Source of the DNA: Octopus sinensis
Taxonomy: Eukaryota
Assembly: GCF_006345805.1 (NCBI RefSeq)
Contig: NC_043007.1
Location: 9,796,001 to 9,860,000, forward strand
Length of the DNA: 64,000 nt
Reading direction: 5' to 3'
Under the pieces are notes generated by a model, which worked only from the letters and a program-made list of their open reading frames with translations, was not told the DNA's origin and made no database searches. The position numbers and the translations under genes were made by a program. This document shows positions 50,301-61,721 of this stretch, in pieces. Position 1 is the stretch's first letter, and the number at the start of each line of letters is the position of its first letter.

Positions 50301-53300
50301 ACTTAGGCGCAGGAGTGGCTGTGTGGTAAGTAGCTTGCCTACCAACCATATGGTTCCGGGTTCAGTCCCACTATGTGGCACCTTGGGCAAGTGTCTTCTA
50401 CTATAGCCTCGGGCCGACCAAAGCCTTGTGAGTGGATTTGGTAGACGGAAACTGAAAGAAGCCCATCGTACATATGTATATATATATATGCGTGTGTGTG
50501 TTTGTGTGCCTGTCTTTGTCCCCTAGCATTGCTTGACAACCGATGCTGGTGTGTTTATGTCCCCGTTACTTAGCGGTTCGGTAAAAGAGACCGGTAGAAT
50601 AAGTACTGGGCTTACAAAAGAATAAGTCCCAGGGTCAAGTTGCTCGATTAAAGGCGGTGCTCCAGCATGGCTGCAGTCAAATGACTGAAACAAGTAAAAG
50701 AGTAAAAGAGTAAAGAGAGTCGTTGTAGGGTCGACTAGTCACGACTAGCTAGCGCGGATGCGTGACTACGCGAGTGCACATACCGGGACCACTGTTCTCA
50801 AGTAGTCCCCACCACCATTTGACCCTTTCATTACCGTATTTATTTTGAGATGTTCTGTGTTTCTTTCAGTTACGCTAAATATAACAAAGAATTTAGTAAA
50901 ATAACTTAGTTATCATTCATCTAGTGTTAGGAACACAAAATGGGACTGAGGTTTGGTGGAAGATTTTAATTCAAAATTTACGAAAACAAGACATTTGTAC
51001 TCAAAGCGAGAGCCAGTTTCAGCCGGGTTGGTAATGAAAGGGTTAACATCCATTTTCCATGCGGGCACTCATAGAATACTTTTGACAGGAACTGCCAAGT
51101 CAGAAGATTGCACCAAGCTCTGATGTCTCTTTTGGAATGGCTTCAATGGCAAGATGCCCTTTCTAATGCCAACCACTTTACAGAGTGCACTAGGTGGTTT
51201 TTATATAGTACCAGCAACAGTGAGGTAACCAAGTTGCTTGCAAGACAAGACTAAACATGGTTACAAGGCAGACAAAAAACCCTTTCAAAGGAAAGTTTTC
51301 AAATGAAGACAACAACACAGAAAGTAAACTGAAAAAAAGGAAAAACAAAAAGTTTGCTCAAAGGCACACACACTCTTTAGAAAAAAAAAAGAAAAAACAT
51401 ATCCCTGGACAATAATACTAATATGAACAATTCTAGTGACACAACAAAAGACACATATGTATTTTGCCAATCAAAAATATTGTCAATGGTCCGAAAGGAT
51501 GAAAGGCGAAGTCAATTCCGCCAAGGTTGACTTTGGGGGTCGATATAATCGACTTAATCCCTTTGTTTGTCCCCTCTATGTTTAGCCCCTTGTGGGTAGT
51601 AAAGAAATAGGTATTTCATCTGCTGTTACATTCTGAGTTCAAATTCCGCCAAGGTCGACTTTGCCTTTCATCCTTTCGGGGTCAATAAATTAAGTACCAG
51701 TTACGCACTGGGGTCGATATAATAAACTTAACCCGTTTGTCTGTCCTTGTTTGTCCTCTCTGTGTAGTAAAGAAATAGCTATTAATGGCAAAGGACACAG
51801 ATTTGCCAGCGTGCTAGTCACAGGGAGATTTTGGACATGGGAAGAATCAAGAAATAGCAAGTGTGGAGGTAAAACATCACAAAAGGCATGTTTCTTAGCC
51901 TGAAAAATTTATCCAAGAAGGAAAATGACATACCGCTGCCTCTTGAAAAGTAGAGGGAGTGCTCAATGTGCCCTTAAAGAACAAATAAATGACGCTTTGT
52001 CTGATGTATAAAGAAATGTATTTCTTTACTGCCCACAAGGGGCTAAACATAGAGGGGACAAACAAGGACAGACAAGGGGATTAAGTCGATTACATAGACT
52101 CCAGTTGGAAACTGGTACTTTATTTATCGACCCCGAAAGGATGAAAGGCAAAGTCGACCTCGGCGGCTCTCTGTTGACTACAGCAGAATATATGGGAGTA
52201 CTTTGCTAGCTTATAAGGATGAGGGTGAGGAAAGGTGACAGGCTAACTTGGTGCAACATACATAACCCATGAGTTCATACCAAGTAGTAAGAAATTAGAG
52301 AGATGTTTGTCCCCTCTGTGTTTAGCCCCTTGTGGGCAATAAAGAAATAAGAAATTAGAGAGAACTGAACAGCAGAAACTCTTCAGAGAAGAAGCCTCTT
52401 CCTCCCTACGCAAATGTTTCGGCCCTTAAACTGCTGGATATAAAAAAAAAAAAACACTAGTAGGCGCAGGAGTGGCTGTGTGGTAAGTAGCTTGCTTACC
52501 AACCACATGGTTCCGGGTTCAGTCCCACTGTGTGACGCCTTGGGCAAGTGTCTTCTACTATAGCCTCGGGCCGACCAAAGCCTTGTGAGTGGATTTGGTA
52601 GACGGAAACTGAAAGAAGCCCGTCGTATATATGTATATATATATATATATATGCGTGTCTGTGTTTGTCCCCCTAGCATTGCTTGACAACCGATGCTGGT
52701 GTGTTTACGTCCCCGTTACTTAACGGTTCGGCAAAAGAGACCGATAGAATAAGTACAGGGCTTACAAAAGAATAAGTCCCGGGGTCGAGTTGCTCGATTA
52801 AAGGCGGTGCTCCAGCATGGCCGCAGTCGGATGACTGAAACAAGTAAAGACAGTAGTAAAATTGAAAATTACGAAATTTTTAAAATAAACAAGAAGAAAG
52901 AATGAGTGGGCGCAATTAGAACACATTTACTAAGTTTGGGAACAATTCCTGGAACATATTAATTCCTCTTAGATGAAGGAGTGATGTATGAGTTTTATTT
53001 GAAATGAATTTTGACTGACACTTGGAAGGAAATATAAACTTTGGGTCATTTATTCATTGTTCACCGGTCGCACACTGGTGCACTGATCAATTCTTCAATT
53101 CTGCAGTTATAGATTGAAGATATAATCTATATTTTCTCCAAAATACAAGAAATTACCTTACATATAAAAATAAACTATCAGTTCTCTTAACTCCAAGATG
53201 GTAAACGTTCGTATTCTGACGCCAGACCATCTTAAATATTTGTTTACATCGCACACCATTCAGGTTGAGTGATAAATTGTATAGGTGACAACAAAAAAGG

Positions 53301-54308
53301 GTGGCTATAGTGATATTCATGGTTTTCCAATGGCACATGAAACTTAAAAGTAAAATAGCAATGTTTTGGGTTTTTTTACCCTCAGTAATTAGGATGCAAA
53401 AGAACTCTCTTCATATCTTATATAATCAATAATATAGGCCAGCTACAACCGAGAATACAACCCAAATCGTGACCCCCCCAGTCATTTAAAACCTTGCCCA
53501 CACAGTCTCCCGACACTCACATTGGGGGATAACTTAACTTTTTAATAAGATAAAACGCCCCGCTGATTAATAGAAGATAATTTCAATGAAAATATAATTA
53601 AACCAAAAGTTAGAAAGACAAAGAAAATATCGGGAAATATGCAAATTATTACGGGAAGTTCGAAATGAAAATGACATATACTACAACACGTGGTTTTCTT
53701 TCCTCCCATTCAACTTACATTTTACGAAGCATCAACAAACCATTATAATTACTTTTTTATTTATAAAGAGACAAAAGACCAATTTGGATATTTCAATCAT
53801 TAAATTTACACTAGAGATATTTCTAATATGGGGTACGCTTAATTTTTTCTAACATTCTGAATATAACTAAACGATTCATAATATTAACGACTGTTATGGC
53901 TATTACTCTTTGACTGCTATTTCTAAATTCGGTGTGTGGTGAGGCAAATCGTTGCTAAACCCTTAATTACTTAGTATTACTTAAACCTTCCTTGAATGGG
54001 GCTTTTACATGCCGAAATCAACTTGGTGAAATTAATGATTATTCCAAATTAATTAATTTCACCCTATATTATTATTGATATATATATATATGTATATATA
54101 TATATGTATATATATATATATGTATATATATTGGAAGGTTTGGAGATGATGTACAGGTATTTTATATTAGAAGAAATGAGGTACTTAGAAAATTGGATGG
54201 TTTATATTTACAGATATTTATTTGTATATTACATGTTTTTATACATCGTATAACTTAAATCATGTATTAGCGCTTTCTCCCATTCTAGTGGGGTTTTCAA
54301 ATGAAACT

Positions 54309-54340
<32 letters not shown>

Positions 54341-54605
54341 TGTCATGAAAACTATTTTATAATCACTTGGAAGTGTATTTATCGAGCAGCGATGTTGATA
54401 AATACGATTTTAATAAAGAAAAACTTAAAGAGCCCCACTCCAAGGTGATTGACATTCGGCATGATAGGACGATTTTAAACAGATATACAGAAAAATATGT
54501 TTAAAGATGTTTAGATTTGAAGCAGAATATGTCGTTGAAAGCAACTTACCGAAAGGCTACATTAAAAGCCCTTCGTAAAGGTGTTGCGAGGTAGTGTCGG
54601 TACAT
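40500..54605 (-). CDS. NDUFAF3: NADH dehydrogenase (complex I) assembly factor 3, Mth938/DUF498 domain; exons 54605-54550, 49525-49342, 46040-45974, 44519-44419, 40862-40500; 771 nt, 256 aa
   Basis: Spliced translation MYRHYLATPLRRAFNVAFR|QQVRFF..VEAYSPYGFKLNNNIRIFGPCALFPRSILHWN|VQGPEDISEDSLSLFCLLAPKP|DILLLGVG..FEILTT|DHACSTFNFLNAERRFVAAGLIPP matches the NDUFAF3 family. Introns are GT-AG and phases are consistent. Confidence 0.93.
41130..42415 (-). mobile_element. Decayed mariner transposon interrupted by an RTE fragment
   Basis: HDNARLH and YSPDLAPTDFHFF catalytic motifs in ORF 41338-41048. Confidence 0.82.
42415..42625 (+). mobile_element. ~210-bp TA-flanked repeat with a hammerhead-like motif (42498-42534); sister copy at 43355-43570
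   Basis: CTTT-CTGTGGA-A-GAGC ATAG GTTC-GAAA-CG-TT-AAAG. Confidence 0.55.
42831..43352. mobile_element. pogo/Tigger-like MITE
   Basis: TIR CCATAAATCCTCAAGTATA / TATACTCGAGGATTTACGG with TA TSD. Confidence 0.75.
43423..43460 (+). ncRNA. Putative minimal hammerhead-like motif (A6U core variant)
   Basis: TCTTT-CTGTCGA-A-GAGC GTAG GCTC-GAAA-TG-TA-AAAGA. Confidence 0.45.
44419..44519 (-). CDS. NDUFAF3: NDUFAF3 exon 4 (DILLLGVGSDTSKFDKRLIRYLRSKNISFEILTT)
   Basis: tttcag| and |gtaagt; 101 nt. Confidence 0.93.
44570..44878 (-). mobile_element. tRNA-derived SINE with V-domain-like tail (relatives at 29570-29845 and 33270-33550 -, and 55577-55955 +)
   Basis: Head GGCGCAATGGCCCAGTGGTTAG..GTTTCGATTCCC; block GCGATGGACTGGCATCCCGTCCA. 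Confidence 0.75.
45385..45675. repeat. GC-rich ~18-bp minisatellite (GTGCCACGTCAGTGCAG / GAGCCACGCCAGTACTG) on an RTE fragment
   Basis: Direct reading of tandem units running into an RTE 3' end. Confidence 0.8.
45974..46040 (-). CDS. NDUFAF3: NDUFAF3 exon 3 (VQGPEDISEDSLSLFCLLAPKP)
   Basis: ccgcag| and |gtaaga; 67 nt. Confidence 0.93.
46295..46718. repeat. Higher-order microsatellite [(GT)n-TTGCATATAT-(GT/AT)n] x ~6
   Basis: Direct reading. Confidence 0.9.
48106..48852 (+). mobile_element. RTE LINE 3' end: ORF C-terminus, 3' UTR with tandem ~60-bp units, (GAT)n tail
   Basis: GTCGRGRPRKTWDEVVKHDL..RDRDLWK peptide, stop at 48290, contiguous with the common repeat. Confidence 0.85.
49342..49525 (-). 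CDS. NDUFAF3: NDUFAF3 exon 2 (QQVRFFDDEF...FPRSILHWN)
   Basis: caacag| and |gtcagt; 184 nt. Confidence 0.92.
50132..50809. mobile_element. Mutator-like non-autonomous element (~85-bp TIRs, 9-bp TSD) carrying a SINE insertion
   Basis: GGTACAACTTGAGAACAGTGGTCC.. / ..GGACCACTGTTCTCAAGTAGTCCC; TSD CACCACCAT at 50123-50131 and 50810-50818. Confidence 0.8.
50823..51042. mobile_element. piggyBac-like MITE
   Basis: TIR CCCTTTCATTACC / GGTAATGAAAGGG flanked by TTGA/TTAA. Confidence 0.7.
54550..54605 (-). CDS. NDUFAF3: NDUFAF3 exon 1 (MYRHYLATPLRRAFNVAFR, mitochondrial presequence)
   Basis: Arg-rich peptide with no acidic residues; consensus donor CG|gtaagt; phase 2 joins exon 2 in frame. Confidence 0.78.
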
Positions 54606-54625
54606 TATTAAGTGTTGTAAAATCG

Positions 54626-54637
54626 CTAGTCCGCCAT
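54626..54637 (-). promoter_or_regulatory. Minimal upstream ORF (ATG GCG GAC TAG, MAD*) 20 nt 5' of the NDUFAF3 ATG
   Basis: Strong ACCATGG context on the - strand; whether the transcript includes it is unknown. Confidence 0.45.
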
Positions 54638-56760
54638 GGTGAGGTTAACCTTGTGAGAAAGACAAAGACATAGTGAAAGAAGGGGAGAGGTAAGAGAGTA
54701 GGTGAAAGTAGTAAATATATAAAGGAGGGGGAATAAGAGAGAGCACTAGACAGACAGAAGGAAAGAAAAAGAATGAGCGATAGATATATATATATAGAAG
54801 GGGAGAGAAAGTGAGAGAAGAGGTAGAAAGTCAAGAAGAGAGAGAGAGCGAGTGAGAGAAGTTGTTGGATAAATTAATAAATATGAGAGAGGTAGGTAGA
54901 GAAGAAGTAGAGAGAGTAAGAAACACAAAGTGAAACGTTAGCACGCTGGGCGAAATGCTTTGCGGTATTTCGTCTGCGTTACGTTGTGAGTTCAAATTCC
55001 GCCGAGGTCGACTTTGCCTTTCATTTGAACTCAGAACGTAATGGCAGACGAAATACCTATTTCTTTACTTCCCACAAGGGGCTAAACACAGAGAGGACAA
55101 ACTAGGACAGACAAACGGATTAAGTCGATTATATCGACCCCAGTGCGTAACTAGTCCTTAATTTATCGACCCCGAAAGGATGAAAGGCAAAGTCGACCTC
55201 GGCGGAATTTGAACTCAGAACGTAACGGCAGACGAAATACCGAAAAGCATTTCGCCCGGCGCGCTAACGATTCTGCCAACCTTGATCAGAAAGATAGAAA
55301 GGGAACAAAATACTTTTATGAGAGACTGATGACGAGTATGAGAAAGATAAATAATCAACAGGATAAAAAACTAAGAGAGTGAAGCATAATGGAGATAAAC
55401 AGAGATAGTATTGCACAATATCGGACGTCAATTTTATGTACACAAATATATGGCGGTGCCCCAGCATGGCCACAGCTCGTGAGCTGAAACTAGAATCAAT
55501 CATATATTAGAATTACGTGAGTTGAGCAAATATTTGTTGCTATATTTTGTCATTTTATGCATTTACTAAATTTAGAGGCGCAATGGCCCAGTGGTTAGTG
55601 CAACGGACTCGCGGTCATAGGATCGCGGTTTCGATTCCCAGACCGGGCGTTGTGAGTGTTTATTGAGCGAAAACACCTAAAGCTCCACGAGGCTCCGGCA
55701 GGGATGGTGGTGATCCCTGCTGTACTCTTTCACCACAACTTTCCCTCGCTCTTACTTCCTGTTTCTGTTGTACCTCTATTTCAAAGGGCCAGCCTTGTCA
55801 CACTCTGTGTCACGCTGAATATCCCCGAGAACTACATTAAGGGTACACGTGTCTGTGGAGTGCTCAGCCACTTACACGTTAATTTCACGAGCAGGCTGTT
55901 CCGTTGATTCGGATCAACCGGAACCCTCGTCGTCGTAACCGACGGAGTGCTTCCCCCTTTTTTACTAAATTTACTCGTGTAGTACCTTTCAAAAATGGCA
56001 GGCGTTTATTTGATTATGGAATAAATTACGCGAATATAAATTTAAGTTTACAAATATTTAATGTAATAATTCTTTCGTATTCTTTGTAAAGACGCTTGAT
56101 TCTATAAATTCTCCTTGACCTTCGTAATCCTCTGTCTGAAATTTCAAACTAATCTAATTCTTTGTTCTACTCAGAGATTTATATACATAGAGAGAGAGAT
56201 ATCACTGATCATAGGTTGCGACAGGAACAAACATACTTTATTAAAAAAAAGTGGTAAAGTTGTACGGCTTGGAGTCAAATCAATTTTCGAGACGAACAAT
56301 TTACTGTTAGCTTTCTTTCTTTGGTGATGACCAGACGTATGCCATTTAAAAGTCTGAACTTTGGTTTTAAAATTCGTAGAAGAATTACTGCGAGTCCTTT
56401 CTTCCGTTTAAGTTCATGGGGTGGGGGGGCATCCCCGATAAAGTTTGTTCTTTCAAGAAGAACTCAATAGGAAAATTTGTAGCTAAATTCTCATAACATT
56501 GTTCTTTCGTGTGAGTGACTTGACTGGGAATTATTGTCTAATCCAGTGTTGAGGATTACGTGCATCTTTGTATTGTGCCGTGAAGATTATCTTTGTTAAA
56601 ATTCTTATTATTGCTTCTTCACTTGTGATATTGAGTGATTCAACATAAATATGTCACGTAATAATTTCCTTCGACGACCATATCATAAGGGAAGTATGTG
56701 AATGTATGTGAACATTGACAAGTGTATTAATTTGATTTACCATCCATATCTCTCTCTCTC

Positions 56761-57082
56761 TCTATATATATATATAAAGCTGAAGTTGTATGTGTATGGC
56801 AGGTTTGGTAGCCTTCAACTAACACTATCTCCTCCCAGACCCTGCGGCGCAAGTTGATCAAAATTGAGAGTATGATAGAAGAAGGCTTGCTCTTCCTTCC
56901 GTAGAAGAAAAAATTCAAATCGGGCCATCTTAACACCAAAAATTATTTAAATAAAAAAGGTGCTTTTTTTCTATGAAAATCCCTATTTTTTACGATTTTT
57001 TGACTGCTGTGTTGCCATTTTTCGGTGTATTTCACCAGAAAAATGTTCACTTAAAGAGAATAACAAGCTACATAATGCAAAT
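56761..57082 (+). mobile_element. Helitron-like 5' portion
   Basis: Begins TCTATATATATATATAAAGCTGAAGTTG like the other Helitron 5' ends; no 3' CTAG end is seen before the satellite. Confidence 0.5.
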
Positions 57083-58308
57083 GAGGAGTCCCGAAAGAGA
57101 TCAAAGAGGAATCCCAAAAGAGATCGAAGAGGGTCCCGAAAGAGATCAAAGAGGAGTCCCGTAAGAGATCAAAGAGAGTGCCGAAAGAGATCAAAGAGGG
57201 TGCCGAAAGAGATCAAAGAGGGGTCCCGTAAGAGATCAAAGAGAATGCCGAAAGAGATCAAAGAGGGTGCCGAAAGAGATCAAAGAGGGTCCCGAAAGAG
57301 ATCAAAGAGGGTGCCGAAAGAGATCAAAATGGGTGCAGAAAGAGATCAACGAAGGTGCCGAAAGAGATCAAAGAGGGTGCCGAAATAGATCAAAGAGGGT
57401 GCCGAAAAAGATCAAAGAGGGTGCTGAAAGAGACCAAAGAGGAGTCCCGAAAGAGATCAAAGAGGGTGCCGAAAGAGGTCAAAGGGGAGTCCCGTAAGAG
57501 ATCGAAGAGGGTGCCGAAAAAGATCAAAGAGGGTGCCGAAAGAGACTAAAGAGGAATCCCGAAAGAGATCAAAGAGGGTCCCGAAAGAGATCAAAGAGGG
57601 TGCCGAAAGAGATCAAAGTGGGTGCCGAAAAAGATCAAAGAGGTTGCAGAAAGAGATCAACGAAGGTGCCGAAAGAGATCAAAGAGGGTGCCGAAAGAGA
57701 TCACAGAGGGTGCCGAAAGAGATCAAAGAGGGTGCCGAAAGAGATCAAAGAGGGTGCCGAAAGTGATCAAAGAGGAGTTCCAAAAGAGATCAAAGAGGGT
57801 GCCGAAATAGATCAAAGAGGGTGTCGAAATAGATCAAAGAGAGTGACGAAAGAGATCAAAGAGGGTGCCGAAAGAGATCATAGAGGAGTCCCGTAAGAGA
57901 TCAAAGAGAGTGCCGAAAGAGATCAAAGAGGGTGCCGAAAGAGATCAAAGAAAGTGCCGAAAGAGATCAAAGAGAGTGCCGGAAGAGATCAAAGAGGGTG
58001 ACGAAAGAGATCAAAGATAGTGCCGGAAGAGATCAAAGAGAGTGCCGGAAGAAATCAAAGAGAAGTCCCGAAAGAGATCGAAGAGGGTGACGAAAAAGAT
58101 CAAAGATAGTGCCGAAAGAGATCAAAGAGGGTGTCGAAAAAGATCAAAGAGGGTGCTGAAAGAGATCAAAGAGGGTGCCGAAAGAGATCAAAGAGGAGTC
58201 CCGGAAGAGATCAAAGAGGGTGCCGAAAGAGATCAAGGAGGGTGCCGAAAGAGATCAAAGTGGAGTCCCGAAAGAGATCAAAGTGGAGTCCCGAAAGAGA
58301 TGAAAGAG
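57083..58308. repeat. 22-bp minisatellite (GAGGGTGCCGAAAGAGATCAAA, with a 23-bp variant), about 55 units
   Basis: Direct reading; the 22-aa periodicity of the pseudo-ORFs equals three units. Confidence 0.95.
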
Positions 58309-58365
58309 ACGGTCATCATCATTATCATCATCGTCATCATCATCATCATCAACAACAACAATAAC

Positions 58366-59978
58366 AACCCGAAACCTAACCCCTAACCCTAACCCAAAAC
58401 TTAACCCTAAAGTTAAACTTAACCCTAACCAGAACCCTAACTCTAACCCCTAACCCGAAACCTAACCCATAACCCTAACGCCTAATCCTAACGCTAAGCT
58501 TTAACCCTAACATTAACCCTAACACTAAACCTAACCCTAAACCTAACCCAAATCCTAACCCTAACATTAACCCCTATCCCCAAACCCTCACCCTAACTCT
58601 GACACTAACCACTTACCTTAACATTAAACCCTAACCTTAACCCTAACCCCTAACACTAACCCTAACCCTAACACCAAAACCTAACCCTAAATCTAATCCT
58701 AACATAATCCCTAACTCTAACCCTAACCCCTAACCCCTAAAACTAACCCTAACCCCAACAATAACCCTAACCCTAACTCTCACCCTAACCCTAACCCTAA
58801 CCACTAACTCTAACCCTAACCCTAACCCCTAAACCTAACCCTAAATCTAATCCTAACCCTAATCCTAACCCTAAACCTAACGCTAACATCCACCCTAACC
58901 TTAACCGTTACCCTAACGCTAACCCCTAACCCTAACGCTAACCCCTAACCCTAACGCTAACCCCTAACCATAACCCTAGCCCTAACACTAACCCTAACCC
59001 TAACCCTAACCCCTAACACTAAACCTAACCCTAACCCCTAACCCTAAACCTAAACCTAACCCTAACCCTAACTCTAACCCCTAACACTAACCCTAGCCCC
59101 TAACCCTAACCCTAAACCTAACCCCAACCCTAAACCTAACCCCTAACCCTAACGCTAACCCTAACCCTAACATTATCCCTAACCCTAACCCTAACCCTAA
59201 CTCTAACCCTAACCCTAACCCAAACCCTAACCCTAACATTAACCCTAACCCTAACCCTACCCCTAATCCTAATCCTAACCCCTAGCCCTAACCATACCCT
59301 AATTCTAACGCTGACCATAACAATAACCCCAACCGTAACCCTAACCTTAACCCCTAACACTAACCCTAACCCTAACCTGAACCCTAATCCGAACGCTAAC
59401 CTAAACCCTAACCCTAACCCGAACCCGGACCCTGACGCTAACCCTAACCCCAACCCTAACCCCTAACCCTAACCCTAACCCTAATCCTACCCCTAACCCT
59501 AACCCTAAACCTAACCTCCACCAAAAAACTGACCCTAATCTTAACCTAACCCCAAACCCTAACCCAAACCCTAAACCCTGACCTTATCCCTGACCCTAAC
59601 CCCAAACCCTAACCCTAAACATACCCCTAACCCCAACCCTAAAACTAACCCTGACCCTTACCCCTAACCTCTAACACTAAACCTAACCTTAACACTAACC
59701 CTAACCATAACCCTAACCCTAAACCGAAACTCCACCCCAACCTAACCAAAACACTAACCCCTAACCCTAACGCTAACCCTCACCCTAACATTTACCATGA
59801 CACTAACCCTAACCCTAACCCTAAACCTAACCCTAAACCTAACCCTAACCCTAACCACTATCTCTAACCCTAACCCTAACACTAACCCTAACCCAAAACT
59901 TAACTCTAACATTACCCGAACACTAACAATAACCCAAACCCTATCCCTAAAACTAACCCCTAATCCAAACCCTAGCAC

Positions 59979-60019
<41 letters not shown>

Positions 60020-61721
60020 CCCGTAACACTAGCCCTAACACTAACACTTACCCTAACCCTAACCCTAACCCCTGACCCTAACCCTAATCCCTTACCCTGA
60101 CCCTAACCCTAATCCCTTACCCTTACCCTAACCCTAACACAAACCATAACCCTAACCCTAACCTTAACCCTCACCCTAACCTCCACCCCAACCCTGACCG
60201 TAACCCTGACGCAAACCCCTAACCCTAACCCTAAACCTAACCCTGACCCAAACCCCTGACACTAACCCTAACCCTAAACCCCAACCCTAACCTAAACCTA
60301 ACCCTAACCGCAACCCTAAACCTAACCCTAACCCTAACCCCTAACCCTAAGCCTAACTCTAACCCCTAACCCCTAACACTAACACTAACCCTAACCCTAA
60401 ACCTAACACTAACCTTATCCTAACCCTAACCCTAACACTAACCCCTAACCCAAACCCTAACCCCTAACCCTAACCCTAACACTAACCCTAACGCTAATCC
60501 TAACACTAATCTTAACCTCCACCCAACCCCAACCCTAACCCTAACATAACCCCAAACCCTAACGCTAACCCCTAACCCTAACCCAAACCCTAACACTAAA
60601 CATAACACTAACCCTAACACTAACCCAACCCTAACCCCTTACCTTAACCCAAACCCTAACACTAACCCTAACCCTAACTCTAACCCTAACCACTAACCCT
60701 AACCCTAACCCTAACCACTAACCCTAACACTAACAATAACCCTAACCCTAAACATCACTCTAAGCTCCACCCTAACCCTGACCCTAACCCTAAACCTAAC
60801 CCCTAACCCTAACACCTAACCGTAACCGTAACCCTAACCACTAACCCAAACACTAAACCTAAAACTTTACCCTAACACTAACACTAACCCTAACCCTAAC
60901 CCTAACCTTACCCAAATCCTAACCCTTACCTCTAACCAAAACCCCTAACACTAACCCTAGCACTAACCCAAACCTTAACCCTAAACGCTAACCCTAAACC
61001 TAACCCTAAACCGAACCCCAACCCTAACCCTAACTCTAACCCCTAACCCCTATCCCTAACCCTAAACCTAACCCTAAACCTAACCCTAACACTAACCCTA
61101 ACGCTAACCCTAACCCTAACACGAACCCTAACCCAAACCCTATCCCTAAAACCTAAACTCTAAACCTAACCCAAACCCGAACCCTAAAACTAACCCTTAC
61201 ACTAACTCTAACCCTGACCCTAACACTGACCCTATACATAACCCTAACCCTAACCACTAACACTAACGCTAACCCCTATCCCTAACCCTAACCCTAACCC
61301 TAATCCTAACCCGAACCCTAACACTAACAATAACCTTAACCCTTACCCAAACCCTATCCCTAACCCTAAACGTAACTCTAACCCTAACCCTTAACCTAAC
61401 CCTAACCTTAACCCTAACCCCTAAAACTAACGCTAACCCCTAACCCTAACCCTAACCCCTAACCATAACCATAACCATAACCCTAAACGTAACACCTAAC
61501 CCTAACGCTAAACCTAACCCTAACCTGCACCCTAGCCCTAACCCTAACCCTAACCCTAACCCCTAACCCAAACCCTAACCCTAACCCTAAACCTAACCCT
61601 AACCCTAATACCTAACCCGAACCTTAACCCTAACAACCCTAACCCTAACTCTTACGCTAACCCTAACTCTAAACCTAAACCGAACCACTAACCCTAACAA
61701 TAACCACTAACCCTTAACCCT
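58366..61721 (-). repeat. Degenerate telomere-type array (TTAGGG)n on the - strand, ~3.35 kb
   Basis: The + strand reads (CCCTAA)n with many variant hexamers and heptamers. Confidence 0.95.

Noticed and set aside
55577-55650. tRNA-like sequences at SINE heads
   Set aside because: They have A/B boxes but no complete cloverleaf or terminator and continue into repeat bodies, so they are not tRNA genes.
57083-58308. CRISPR-like array or repetitive protein (PKEIKEGAERDQRG)
   Set aside because: Units are contiguous with no unique spacers and there are no cas genes. The 22-bp period simply lacks stop codons in all frames.
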